The notes under the pieces are model-generated. The model was not told the origin of the DNA and did not search any database. It saw nothing but the letters and a program-made list of their open reading frames with translations. A program made the translations under genes and the position numbers. Source: the human T2T-CHM13v2.0 reference genome, Homo sapiens. Taken from it: 64,000 bases of DNA. The stretch lies in the NCBI RefSeq assembly GCF_009914755.1, contig NC_060944.1; one strand, 5' to 3'. Shown here in pieces: positions 48,901-61,658 of this stretch; position 1 is the first letter of the stretch, and every line of letters starts with the position of its first letter.

Positions 48901-51900
48901 GAGGCCTGGAAGGTGCTGTTTTTCCACGCGACGATGGCTGCCGTGCTCGGTGGGAGCAGCCGCGTTGCTGCCTGTTCCCCTGCCCCAGTCTGGCCGTCAC
49001 TCCTCACCCTCGTCAGGCTCAGGGTGGGAGGGTGAGTAGCCTGGAGTGGCCTGGTCACGTAGGTGGGCAGCCAGCTGGGGCACTGACCTCCAGATGGGCC
49101 ACGAGAGCCCTTCCTGCATCTTCTGAGTCCCTGACTCAGTGCCCAGTGAGGGTCCCGGAGGGCAAAAGAATGTCTAACGCTCCACCTGTGGGCGGGTCTG
49201 GCCTTACGGAAACTTCTCCATGGCAGGTGGAGGCCTGGTTGAGTGGAGCAAAGGGCAGGCATTCCCAGTGATCAGGAGCTGGGGCCAGGCCTACTGACAC
49301 CTTGATGCTGAGGGGCCAGAGCGGTCCTGAGCGATGTCCCGAAGGCCCAGGGTCTGGGCAGGTGGAGGCAGATGGACCAAGCAGGGCCTTTGTGTTCCAG
49401 GGCACTTTGCAGGCAGCAGGACCCCCAGGTCCTCTGGAGAGGGTGGCTGGAGACCCGGCCTGAAGCTGCTGCCCCCAACACCACAGGATACCTGCCTGCA
49501 GGTGCCATCCATTGCTTGGGGGCTGCACAGAGCAGTTTTGAGCAGGCAGTGGGGTGTCACCTTGGAGTGGCTGTGAGATGTGCGGGACCCTTGGGGGCCA
49601 CCTGGGGTCAAGCCCAGCCCTGCCTCTTGGGCTCTGGGACCCTGGGGGAGCCACTCCGTGCTCTGTGCCTCGGTCTGTGACCCTGGAGGAGGGCGGTGCT
49701 GTCCATCTCCGGGGACGATGGTTGCATCTCAAGGGTAAGGGCCCCAGGCCTGCCAGGTGCTTCGAGTACAGTCCAGGGGCGGCCTCTCGGGGCTGCTCTG
49801 GTGGGCGGCCAGACCCTGCTGGAATGTGACTCTGTTCCTGGGATCAGGACCTGCCCTGTTGCTTGTGGGCAGGGTTGCCTTTGTCAGGTCCTGCCATTTC
49901 TGAGCCTCAGTTTCCCAATCTGTGGTGGGGTTGACGTGAGGAAATGAGAAATGCACCCAGGGAGCACTGGCTGGCGCTGCAGGGCAGCAAGGGGGAGCCA
50001 CCATGGTCACTCTTGGAAAAGTCCCCAGCCCTGCACCAGCAGGGCAGTAAGAAAGTCCACGGCTGCCGCTGTCCTGGAGAGAGGCAGCAGCCCGGGAGAG
50101 GCAGCAGCCCTGGCCACACCCCTGCCAAGAGCCAGCTCAGGGGCCCAGGGCCGCTGAGATCACTGGGCAGTTCCCAGGCTGGCTGGGCTGTCCCCTCGTC
50201 AGGAGGGCAGGGCTGGCAGGTTTGTGGACGCCTTCCCAGGCTGACCCCCACAATAGCCGCCCTGCTCCACCCTGAATCTACCCGTCCCAGGCTGCGCCTG
50301 CCTCCAAGTGCCTGATTGGAGATGGCCAAGCCCATTCCTCATGTACAAAGAATTTCCCGAGCAGCCACAGCTGCTGCAGCTGGAACTTGTCTCCAGATGG
50401 GTCGTTCCGAGGGAAACCAGCGTCTCCTGTCTCCTCCTGCAGACGTGGGCTGGCGTCCGAGCCCTGGATCCCCTGCCCTGGCTTGGCTTCCTCTGGAGGG
50501 GAGATAAGGGGCTCCTGACATCTTGTAGGCTGAAGAACCCGCCCAGCACGCTGACAGGGAGGCGCCAGAGGCAGCCGCAGACCGGCCTCAGCCCCTGCAG
50601 CCCCTCCCCTCTTGTTGTTGCAGAAAGAAGCCCTCAGGGCCCAAGGTCGACCCACCCAGCCAGGGGGCTGCTCTGTAGCTGTGGCCCACTCCAGCCAACC
50701 CGGGAGTGAGGGGCTCCGAAGCGTGCCCAGCACATAGGGAGGGCTCATTCCGGGGGGCACCGTCTCCCAGTCAGAGCAGGCTGGAGCTGGGCACAGCCGA
50801 GGAAGAGCAAACGTGTTCTGTCCTTGACTCCTTCTCCAAGTTTGTGATGGCATCTGCCATGGGCCAGACAGGGGGACACGAGAGTGAGCGAGTGGACGTG
50901 GCTGCCCTCTGGAGCCTTCCAGGGCGGGATGGCAGGTGTGGAGAGGCACACAGGGAAACCCTGGAGTCTCGCCGAGGTACAAGGCGATGCAGAAAGGGCC
51001 AGGGAGTTCCCAGAGACTGTCAGGGGCTCCCTGGGCGGAGGCAGAGACCCCCACCTGGCCCCTGGCACCTCCAGCACCATGGGCGCCCTGGCTAGGGATC
51101 CCTTCCTGTCTGAGGTCAGCGCTGCAAACCTGTGGCTGCGGTTACCCCACCATGTTTTTTAAAATTGGAACAATTCATGTAAAAGCCCAGATTCATTTTT
51201 TCTTGAAAAAAATTGACAGCCAACTGTGACCACAGTGGGCTTGTTTCTACGCATTGGGGGCTCTTCCCTCGGAACAGGCAGTGCTCTCAGTTGCCGTAGA
51301 CGCCCCCCACTCCCTGTCATCTCACCCGGTCCCTGCTGGGCCTCTTTGTGGCCCATCCCCTGGTTCAGATATTTCATTCAAAGACCCACCCCCCCAGGGG
51401 GAGGCCATCCTTCTCAGGAAGGTCGCTTGGCCTGGACTCGGAACTGGACACTCATTACTGGTCACCCTGTGACTGGAGCAGGACTTTGCCTTTCTGCACC
51501 TCGGTTTCTCCATCCTAAGAGGGGCTAACGCCTGTGTCGTGGGACTGTCCCGAGGCGCTCAGAAGCAGTAGGCTTGCTCATGCTTAAGCACAGAGCTCAC
51601 AGCTGGGGGTGGCCCCTGTGCCACAGGTCCCTGTGTGTGCCCAACTCCCGCTGCAGAGGGCAACGCTGTGTGTGCCCATGTCTGTGCTGTGGATGCAATG
51701 TGTAAACTGCACAGCCTTTGACGGTGGCTGCCTGGGTTGGAACGCGGGCCTCTATGTGTGCTCTCCAACGGCCTGTGGCGGAAGGGCAGCCCCTCCCTTG
51801 GTGGGGGAAGTTCTCCATAGCTTTGGTGCTTGGGAGGTTTGGAGATGGCTTAGAGAGCCATCGGGATGTGAGGGGATACATTTATCTCTGTCTTCTTGGG

Positions 51901-53063
51901 GACAGACCTCGGAGGTCCCTCTTTCACCCTTAAAGGCCTGGATGAATGGAATCCGTGGGGCAGGATTCTCAAAGCAAGACTGGTGGGGCCTCACAGGCAT
52001 TCCTGGAAAAGGGCTGTGGAGTTAAAAACCCAAGCGGGAAATAAACAGAACTAGGCTTAGGAAGGGTCTCTCTGGGAGGCCTGTCTGCCCTCCATCTTTC
52101 GTGGGCTCAGGAGCACTGCCTGGGGCTGGGAGCGAGAGCTCGGATACTTTACGTTCTCTGAGGCGCTGACCGTGGCTCTGCGAGGAGGAGTGTTCCTCCG
52201 GACAGACATCTTTCAGCGGCGCTGGACTAAGCCATGGGACAGGTCTGACTGTGGCTCTGCGCTCCCCGCCGCCCCATCTGTTGCCCCCTCCTCACTGAGA
52301 GCTGGGGGAGGGACGGGATCTTTGTGAGCTGACTTGGGGTCTCAGAGCCGCGGGGAGGGAGGAGTGGGGCTCTCCCTGCGCGGGTTCCTTTTCTGGGTGA
52401 GGCGGAGCCTGTTCACCAGGCAGATCGGGGGCTCCCCGGCCTCCACAGATCTCCTGGTGTCTCCCCCCAGGCTGTTCACACTTTCTTTACTTGGGGGGCT
52501 GATAAGTCACGCAGCTGGCAGCATTTGCACCTGATTCAAGGAGGTGAACATTTTCCCTGGAGATTAGCCTTGAAGTCAGGGCTGGTCCCCACCCGGGGAC
52601 GAGGAGAGGACAGAAGGCTACAGAGGGCTGCACCGGGGGAGGGTAGATGGGGCGTTCACCCACCCCTGCTGCCGCATTTTCCTTTGTTGGTTTTGCCCGA
52701 GGTCTGATAAGCACCCTGCTCCAGCCAGAGGCCTTATCTGGCCGCCTAATCCCCTGGCCTTGGCTGGAGAACACCAGGGCTTTGCCCAGTCCGCCCTCCC
52801 TACCCCCTCCCTGGCCCCTGCAGGCCGTTGGGGCTGGGGGTGGAGGGAGAGGGAGGTGGAGTGAATACCCCCTTCCTCTTGCTCTTTCTCTTCCAACAGG
52901 GCAAGGGGTGCCGGTGGTTGAAGAGGCCCCTCTGGGCAGGAACCTCTCACCTGGGGCACGGGTGAGTGGGAGCCATCCTCCACTGCCCACCTCCCAGCTG
53001 TGGCCCTGAGCTGCACTGGCCCTGTGGCCACAGACCAGTTGACCAGGAAGCCCTGGGAATCAG

Positions 53064-53258
53064 TAGGAAATGAGTTTGAGACCCGGTCCTTCACCTTAGG
53101 AAATGAGTTTGAGACCCGGTCCTCCACATTAGGAAATGAGTTTGAGACCGGGTCCTCCACACAGGCATCTGTGCACATACACTCAGGCTCAGCAGGAGTT
53201 TGAGACCAGGTCCTCCACACAGGTTTCTGGGCACATAGACTCAGGCTTGGCAGGAGGC
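53064..53258. repeat. Nested tandem repeat: 33-bp unit x3 overlapping a ~58-bp unit x2
   Basis: TAGGAAATGAGTTTGAGACC at 53064, 53097 and 53130; GAGTTTGAGACC...CTCAGGCT..GCAG twice. Confidence 0.85.
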
Positions 53259-55797
53259 CCTCCTGGTGCAAGTTCCAGCCCTTCCTTCATTTTGTGTCTG
53301 GAGCAAGTGAGCACCCCATGTGCCCAGAGTTCTCATCCAAGAAGTGGGTTGATGAGCCCAGCCTCGCAGGGAGCTGGGAGGTGGGAAGAGCTCACCCTGG
53401 TCTGGCTTGTGGTCCTTACAATGATGGCATCATTGTCATCATCATCATCATCATCCTCCTCCTTGTCAACCACTTAGAGCTCATGAAGACAGCTCCCTCC
53501 ATCATGCCCTGTTTTATAGCTGAAACCAAAGAATTCAAGCTCCATAAGGAAGAACCTAGAGGCCCCCCACGTCAGCCTGCCCCAGCCTGGAGCTTACCCA
53601 CCATGGAAATGTGTCTGTTGGCCTTACAGAGGAGAAGGCATTTGGGCAGGGCTTTGAGGTATGAGTAGGAGTTTGCTGAATGAAATGAGAGGAAAGGGTT
53701 TTCAGGGCAGAGGGAACAGGTTGGGGTGGTAAGAAGGGTCCTGAGGCCCATAGAGAGTGACTGCTATGAGTGAGTGGTTGGAACTGGCGTGACTGAAGAT
53801 GGGGAAGGACATCTGGGGGTCGGGGGTGCCAGAGGAGTTGGGGATTTATCTGGAAGATGGTGGGTGCTAAGGCAAGAAGAACCAATTCCTTTTTCTTTTT
53901 GCCAAAGCAAAGCCCTCCATAGGATTTCCTTTTGGACTTTCTTTTTGAAAGAGTAATGCACACTGACAGTAACCATTTAGATAATACAGTTTCTAAAAGA
54001 AAAGCAATGATCCTTTGCCTCTCCCACACCCACCTTTTCCCCACAAGCCCCCAGAAGGCTGGGGGTCTGCTCTCCCTCCCTTGACAGCTGCAGGATGTTT
54101 TGTGGTGGGGTGTGAGGGGCTTTGGCCAGTCCCTGGAGATGGACGTGCTGGTGTGTCCAGTTTCCCCAGCCCACTTAAATGGGTGCAGTGAGTGGCCTTT
54201 ATAAGTTCCCCGAAGGGGGCGTGTGGGGGACAGTTACAGACATGTCGTTTAACAAATGCTGCAGATCCCCTTCCAGAAGTGAAGAACATCTCAGCCGTGC
54301 CCTGGCAGGCCTGGCTCCTCCCCCTCCACACCTGAAGTTTCTGTTTAAAATGTTTGGCCACTGGAGGGGTGAAGACACTCACCTGTGCCTGAGGCACTTT
54401 ATTATCCTGACTGAGTGCGCCCTGCACCTCTCACTGTCCTGAAGTGGCTCGGCCCTCGGGCTTCATCTGGGCCTTCTGTACCTGAGCCTGGGCTTGGCCC
54501 AGCGTGGCCAGTGGGCTCCGGGCCCCTCCTGCCAGCCTAGCACTTCTGAGACAGAAGCCTGGCGCAGCAGGCAGGCACCTCTGGACTTTGAGCCTGGGCC
54601 CTTGACAGCCAGGGAGAGGGCGACCCCCAGCACACACTACCCTAACCTTTAGCAACGTCCCCACTGCAGATGGGGGTGCTAGCCTTGAAAGTTGGGTGCC
54701 CCAAGGGTTGGGGCAGGAGGGCAAGGGGCCGCCCCAGGGAGGTGGTGCATGACACAGCCTATAACAGGCAGTGACTCACTGCTCATCCAGCCATAAAGTC
54801 AGGGTGATAGGCTCAGTGTCCCAGCCGTGCTCCCTGGAGTCCCTGCCCCAACGTCATTCCCTTCTCTGCAGCCTGCGCTGGGCAGAGCTCCCTCCCCAGG
54901 GGGGCCGCCTGGGCCACTCTGGGACCATCCACCCATTCCAGACCCACCCATTCCAACTCACTTGCTACTGCTGGGGAGACTGAGTGCCAGGGAGGGGGAG
55001 CAAGGGTAGATGGAGAACTAACAGTGTCAGAGTCCACAGGTCATCTGTCCCCCACTTTACAGTGTGGACTGCGGGAGGGGATCCCAGTGTGGGCTGCAGA
55101 GCTCAGGGCCAGGATGCTCGGCCTGTCCAGGCTGCGATCTGGAGGAAGCGGGTACTCTCTGCTTAGCCCAGGGCCTTCCACGCTCCTGGGGGCTGCGGGG
55201 ACAGATCCAAGAACATGGGCCCTGGGGCCATGGTGTCCGATTCAACCCACGCTTCCTCCCTGTTGACACCGGGCAACTTGCTGAGCCGCTCCGTGCCTCA
55301 GTTTCCTCGTCTGTAAAGTGGGATTCATAGTAGCTCCTTCCCGACTGGGCTGTCTGGGGATTGGTGAGTGATGCCGTGGGGCAGGATCATGATTTACGGG
55401 GTGCCTGTATGTTCTCCCAGAGACGGGAAGGGCCCTGAGGGGTGACTCCTCACCAGATAGCGGGGTCTCCCAGGGACTAAGCAGGTGGGAGGGATGGGCG
55501 CTGCCCTACTGTGCAGAGCCTTGGCGGGATCCCTTGACGCTGTCCCCAGGCTCTGCAGGGCCAGGAATAGGGCCACTGGGCCTGGGGTCCTTGTAGTTCA
55601 AGGGTCACCCTGAACTGCGGGGCTCTAACTATAGAGACCCTGGGGCAGTGACGCCTGTGCAACCTGCCCGCCTGTCACTCCCTCCCCCAACCCCTCACAC
55701 TTGCCCTGCCTCCTTGACCTGCCCTGCCCACCCCTCACCCTCACCCTCACGCTGCCCCCTTATCCCGCCCCTGGCACCTGCCCTGCCCTTCCCCTCC

Positions 55798-56244
55798 TGT
55801 GATGGTTAATACTGAGTGTCAACTTGATTGGACTGAAGGATGCAAAGTATCGATCCTGGGTGTGTCTGTGAGTGTGTTGCCAAAGAAGATTAACATTTGA
55901 GTCAGTGGCTGGGAAAGGCGGACCCATCCTTAATCTGGGTGGGCACCATCTAATCAGCTGCCAGCTCTGCTAGAATATAAAGCAGGCAGAAAAACGTGAA
56001 AAGGCTAGACTGGCCTAGCCTCCCAGCCTACAGCTTTCTCTGTGCTGGATGCTTCCTGCCCTCGAACATTGGACTCCAAGTTCTTCAGCTTTGGGGCTCA
56101 GACTGGCTCTTCTTGCTCCTCAGCCTGCAGACGGCCTATTATGAGACCTTGTGATCACATGAGTTAATACTCCTTAATAAAGCCGCCTTTATATATACAT
56201 CTGTCCTGTGAGTTCTGTCCCTCTAGAGAACCCTGACGAATACA
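55798..56244 (+). mobile_element. MLT2A1 (HERV-L) solo LTR, full length
   Basis: Begins TGTGATGGTTAATACTGAGTGTCAACTTGATTGG and ends CTAGAGAACCCTGACGAATACA; 447 bp; AATAAA present. Confidence 0.88.
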
Positions 56245-58944
56245 ACGCCCCTCACCCTCACACTGGCCCTGTCCCCCTTGCTCCTGCTGTGCCCAGCGCC
56301 CCTGCCTGTTCCTTCCCATGCCACAGGGAGCTCTGGACACAGAGTGATCACAGAAACTGGCCCATTCCAACCTTTTTGTCACCTCTGGGGAAACTGAGTC
56401 CTGAGGTGGGGGGAGCAGCGTAGCCTGGAGAGCTGTGTGACTCTGAACCCCCACCCCAGAGGAAGGCTGGAAGGAATGCCTGCGTGCAGGTGCAGTGCCC
56501 AGGACAGTGGCCCCAGAGAGCTCTGGAGGAGGGGATGCCCAGCCAGTGAGAAGACGTGTGTCTTGAAACTCCAGATGGGTTTTAGGGCCTGCGGCTGGTA
56601 AGCAACCTCCTCTCTGTGCCTGCTCCCCACTTCAGCTGTGAGCCCGACTCCCACCCTCACACTACTCTGCTCTTCTGAAGGGTATGACCTGGGGACCCAC
56701 CGCCTGCACTTACGCTCCTGTCTCCCTCCCTCTCTCCTTCCTCTCTGCCTACCTGGAGCCAACTTTGAGCCTCTAATCTGTGCCAGGCGTCCTCACTGCC
56801 CCCTTTTCTATTTGCAGGCCCTTCTCTTGCAGGAAGGCCCCCTGAACCCTCACCCCCACCCCAGAGTGCCCTCTCTGCTCTCCCAGCTCCACCCACCCCA
56901 CCCCCACCAGGCTCCCAGGGGAGCCTCTCCCTGGCCCTGCCAGGTGCCCACTGTGCCCCTGCTGTGGTGTGGATGGGGATTCTTTCCCAGTGTGACATGG
57001 CGGGGGGGATCTAGAGGAGCTTCCCAAGGGAAATGGGCTTCTGTGCTGTGCTTCAGAGGCTGAGTAGGAGTTTTCCTGGAAAAGGCACAGCAGTAGCGGA
57101 GGCCTGGAGGCCTGCAGGGAGAGTGGCCACTGTGCGGGGCGGGCCTCCACCCTGATGGCCTCACTGCTCCAGCCTCTGTTCTTTCTTCCCCAAAGTGCCA
57201 AGTTTCTTTCTCTCGTGGCACAGGGGTTCCTGCAGCCCTGGAATCTATCTGTCATTTCTGCAGATGGAGGAGATGGCCCCTCTCCCAAGCCCCTCCTGCT
57301 GTAGGTGGAGGCCTGAGTCTTCTGAGGTTCCCTGCAGCTCTCCGGGACCCAGGACTTGAGTGGTGGGGTTAGCAGGATGCGTCCACAGTTGTGGTGGTGA
57401 CAGGGAGGCCCTCCAGGTATGGACCTCGTGGTGGGCTGGGTGCTGCAGACGGATGGGGCAGAGACCTGCAGAGAAGCCCCTGTCCCCGGGCTTATGGGCG
57501 GGGAAAGAATAAACATGGAAAGAAGGATAGATGGCTAGGAGGGCACGGCAGAAACAGCAGAGCCTCAGGGCTGACATTTGAGGGGTGATCAGGGAGGCCT
57601 CCCAGAGAAGGTGACACGGGTGCTGAGGACAGATGATGAGGGCCCAGAGCTCCAGCACAGCCCAAGCCCAGCTGCTGCACAGTAGCCACTCACGCCTGAG
57701 GCCGGGATGGAGGCGGTGGGGAGGAGGGAGCTGCTGATCACAGGGCCACAGGGCTTCCTGGGCCAGGCCAGCTGTGGGTGAGGGTCTCTTCTCCCAGCGC
57801 AGCAGGCCCCCCGAGCAGGGGAACTGGTGAGACATAAGACCTCTAGGGGCCGCAGCTGCAAGAGAGGCCTGGAGCACGGGGGCCGTGCAACACTGGGGGG
57901 TGCTGAGCCCCTCCTGTTTGGGCAGGACAGTTGTGGGGGGCCTGGCATGGGGCTCCCGCCCAGTGGAGCATCTGGCTCCTGGGGAGAGGCTGCCTCGCAG
58001 GGCCTGATGTGACTCCCAAACCCCACAGCCCCTGGGGCCTGCAGAGTGGGATGGCGGACAGCTCTTGCCAGCCTCGCTGGAACCCCCAGAGCCCCCCACT
58101 TTCTCTAGGCACAGCCAAGCTTCCGAAGGCCCAGCCAGCCCTGCCTCCCGCCGGCTCCCTGGAGCTGCTCCTCCTGTTCCCTTCTCGTTGGGGTTTCTTG
58201 TGCCGTTGCCAAGGGTGTCCTGGGCAGCCCCCTCATACCTGCAGCAGCTGTGCCAGGCCCGCTCAGCACCCCCTCCAGGCAGTCTCTCTGCCTGCCCTGG
58301 AACCTCAGTGGAGACCCAGCTCCCAGGGCCCTGGAGACCACCTCCCCAAGGCCCGGGCAGTGCCTTCTTGTGTCCATACACAGCAGGTGCCCAGTGGCTG
58401 TGGCATCAGATAGGGATCTCTGCCCTGGGCACACACGCCAGGACCCTGGGAGGGAAATCAGAGGAATCCAGAGCTCTGGAAACAAAGCCAGGAGTGGGTG
58501 GGGAGATAGAACATGCCAGGGAAGGTCGGGGACCAGAGAGCTGGCTGCCAGGGACTCCCATGCCACGTGGGTGCGTGGGGCGAGGCTGGCATAGGCTCAG
58601 CTCAAGGACTGACTCTGGAGCTTCCCAGGCAGGGCTGGCCTCGGGGGCCCGTGACCTTGACCCCAGGTGACCCCACGCTGGTGTCATGCTCTGCTTTCTG
58701 GGCAGGCTGCTTTAGGTGGTGAGGCCCCCAGCCCTGGAGGGGTCCCAGCAGCGCTGTGCAGGGAAGAGGGCAGGGAGGTGTGGGGGGGGCGGTGTCTTGC
58801 TTGGACCCAGCAGGGTGAGGGTGGACCAGATTCCCCGGGTGGCCTCGGCAGGTGGAAGGCAGGGACCTCCATGCATGGACTGAGTGCCTCTGCGCAGGGC
58901 CTCTGTGGAACCTTCCAGAAGCCCCGGCTGTGTTAGTCACCAGG

Positions 58945-59420
58945 CTCCTTTGACAAATCACCGCGCACTCAGGGCCCTCAAGCACACCAGTTCCTCAGGG
59001 TACACTTCTGGGGGTCAGAAGTTCTAAGTGAACCTTAAGGGACTAAAGTCAAAGCTGCTCTCTCTGGAGGCCCTGGGGGAGGATTCTTCCTGCTCCTGCA
59101 GCCGCTGGGGCCTCCGGCCGCTCCCGGGCTTGAGGCTGCGTCGCTCCAGTCCCTGCCTGCGTCTCCATGGGGCCTCTTCTTCCTCTGTCTGTGTCAAATC
59201 TCCCTCTGCCTGTCTCTTATAAGGACTCCTGTGGTCTCATGTAGGCCCCCCTGGATAATTTGGGGTCATCTCTCCATCTCAAAGTCCTTAACCATCTCTG
59301 CAAAGTCCTTTTTGCCACCTCAGGGGACATACTGAAAGGTCCTAGGATTAGGATGTGGACGCCTTGGGGAGCTGTTATTCTGGATGTGGACATCTTGGGG
59401 AGCTGCTATTCTGTCTCCCA
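58945..59420 (-). mobile_element. MLT1 (MLT1D-like) LTR
   Basis: TCTGGGGGTCAGAAGT...CTCTTATAAGGAC...CTGCAAAGTCCTTTTTGCCA...GGATTAGGATGTGGAC; internal ~31-bp duplication at 59350-59412. Confidence 0.75.
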
Positions 59421-61643
59421 CGGAGGCGATATTATCATCACCACCCACTTTACAGATGAGAACCAGGAGGCCACAGACAGGCCACGGTACTTGCTCAGGC
59501 GTCCCCCAGCGGGGAGTGATGGGTTTGGGATCTGAGCCCAGGACATCCTGAAACCAAAGCTCCTCAACCCCATCAGACCAGGGCAGAGTTGATGAGGCCA
59601 CGAGACCTCTGCTGGAGACCCAAAGAGGGGAAACTGAGGCTCAGGGAAGGCAGGTAACCTAAGGTTGTGAGCTTGCCAGGGTCAGTGCAAGGGTGGGAGC
59701 CCAGGCCTTGAGCTCACCCCCCCAAGTGTGTGAAATGGTCGCTCCTGTCTTCCCCCACTGTGCCTTCTCAAGGTGAAATCCTGCCTCACACAGTCCCCGC
59801 CCCCATCCCAAGACTATTTTTAGGGCCGGGCTACAGATACAGGAAGTTGGCAGGGGTCGTTTGCGACAGGAGTTTACTGAGGGCTCCTGTCCCCTGTGAG
59901 TGCTGTTCAGATGGAGATTTAAAATGGTTAGACCTCGACCTGGGCCCTGGGACAGGACACACAGCACCCCTGACAGAGGCCCTGGGAAGTCTGCAGAGCC
60001 TCAGATACCGGCCTCCTGGGTGCAGGAATGCTGGGGGCGCTGGTGGGTTGCAGTTGGAACCAACAGGTTGACATGAGCATCACAGACAGGAAAACCGAGT
60101 ACACACCAGGTCTCTAGCAGGAGGGCCCTGCCCCGGGACGCTGGCGCTGGCCTTGGGTGCAGATCGAGCGCCAGGATGGGGCCTGACACTCAATTCTTCT
60201 CCTTTGAGGCTCAGGGAGATGTCAGTTGGCTTGAAAAACCGCCAGACTAAATATAGCTGTGAAACTTCCCGGAACACATTATTCCAAGTGTCCAGTAATT
60301 AATGCTCAACAACACACAGTGTCTTCCAGAAAGCCGAATCCACTCTGAATGTCTTGTGGGGTGGGCGGGGGGTCGTCACCGGGAGGAGGCATGTGGGGTC
60401 CCTGATGGACGTGCAGGGCAGACAGATGGATGCGGGCGAGCACGTCCTTGGCCCCCTGAAGTGCCAAGACTGGCTGAGGTTGGCACCCTCCTGTTGGATC
60501 AGGCCGTCCTCAGGAGGCTGTGGGCGGACGGGAGCTCAGGCCGCAGGGAAGCCGTGGCCTCTTTCTGCTGTGGGGCAATCACTGCCTCCTGCAGGAAGCT
60601 CTCCTTGCCTGCCCTGGCCTCGAGGGGCCCTCACCCCACCCAGTCTGTCTGGTGAAGGCCCCTTCCCATCTTCCCAAGCAGATTAGCCCACCAAGGCCAG
60701 GCCTCGTCCACCTCCCTCACCACCTGCCACAGAGGGAGGTTTGCTGAGCACGTGTGGGTGACAGACGGAGGCTTCTGGAGGGAGGGGTACAGACAGAGGT
60801 TCCCTAGGCTCTGGCCCCTGTGGCCTCCCTGCTCCTCCCAGCCCCGGCCCGGGCTCCCGGCACCTCCCGTGGAGCTGGCGGCCCCTGGACTCACCTGGCA
60901 CCCAGGAAGGTGATTACTCCAAAGGCTCCCAGAAGGCCATTTACCTTCCCCAGGCTGTTTTCTCACAGGTGGGGGTGAGGCTGCCCACAGCTCAGCTCAG
61001 TTTGCAGAGGAGAAAGAAACAGCCCCAGCCCCTGGCTGCTGGCGTCTCCCGGCTGCTCCTGAGTCTGGCCCTTCAGGCCTCGTGCCCGCTCCTCCTCCCG
61101 CCCACTCCCCCTTGTAGGGAGGGCCGGGTGACCCGTGTGTCTCCACCTGGCCCCGTCCCATGGGTCAGCAGTGGCGATTTCCATGCAGAGGGCTGGGTGT
61201 GTGGACACAGGTGGGGTCAAGCGCAGGGCCAGTGGCCTCAGCACATCCGCAGGGCTTTCCCGGCTTTCTGGGAGCTGGCCTGCCTCTGTCATCTGGGCTC
61301 TCAAGCGGTGCCTGGATGGTGGTCTCGCAGAGGTGCAGGGGGGTCAGGGAGGCTGCCTGGGGAGTGGAGGACTGGGCTTGTGGGGCCTCGGCTGAGTGGC
61401 GTATTTCCATCCCCGCAGGGCCAGAACCAGGGAGATCCTGGTCCGCCCTCCCTGTCTGAGCAGCCACACGCAGGGCCTGTGCGTCCTCCACCTGAGCCCC
61501 CTTCCCGAGCCCCGGACCCTGCTGGGTGGGTTGGGAGGGATGGGCGGTTGCGGGGTGGGGGTGGCGGTTCCGGCAGGCGACGCCCGACCCTCCTGGATGG
61601 GTTGGAGGGTTGCAGGGTGGGGGTGGGGGCTGACAGGCGATGC

Positions 61644-61658
61644 GCGCCCCCTGGTGGC
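61644..61658 (-). promoter_or_regulatory. CTCF core motif
   Basis: GCGCCCCCTGGTGGC is the reverse complement of GCCACCAGGGGGCGC, the CTCF consensus. Confidence 0.7.

Noticed and set aside
51068-51090. REST/RE1 site (TCCAGCACCATGG...)
   Set aside because: Only the left half matches; the GGACAG right half is absent.
57245-58670. 378-aa and 201-aa ORFs
   Set aside because: Composition typical of random GC-rich DNA; no domain or exon structure recognised.
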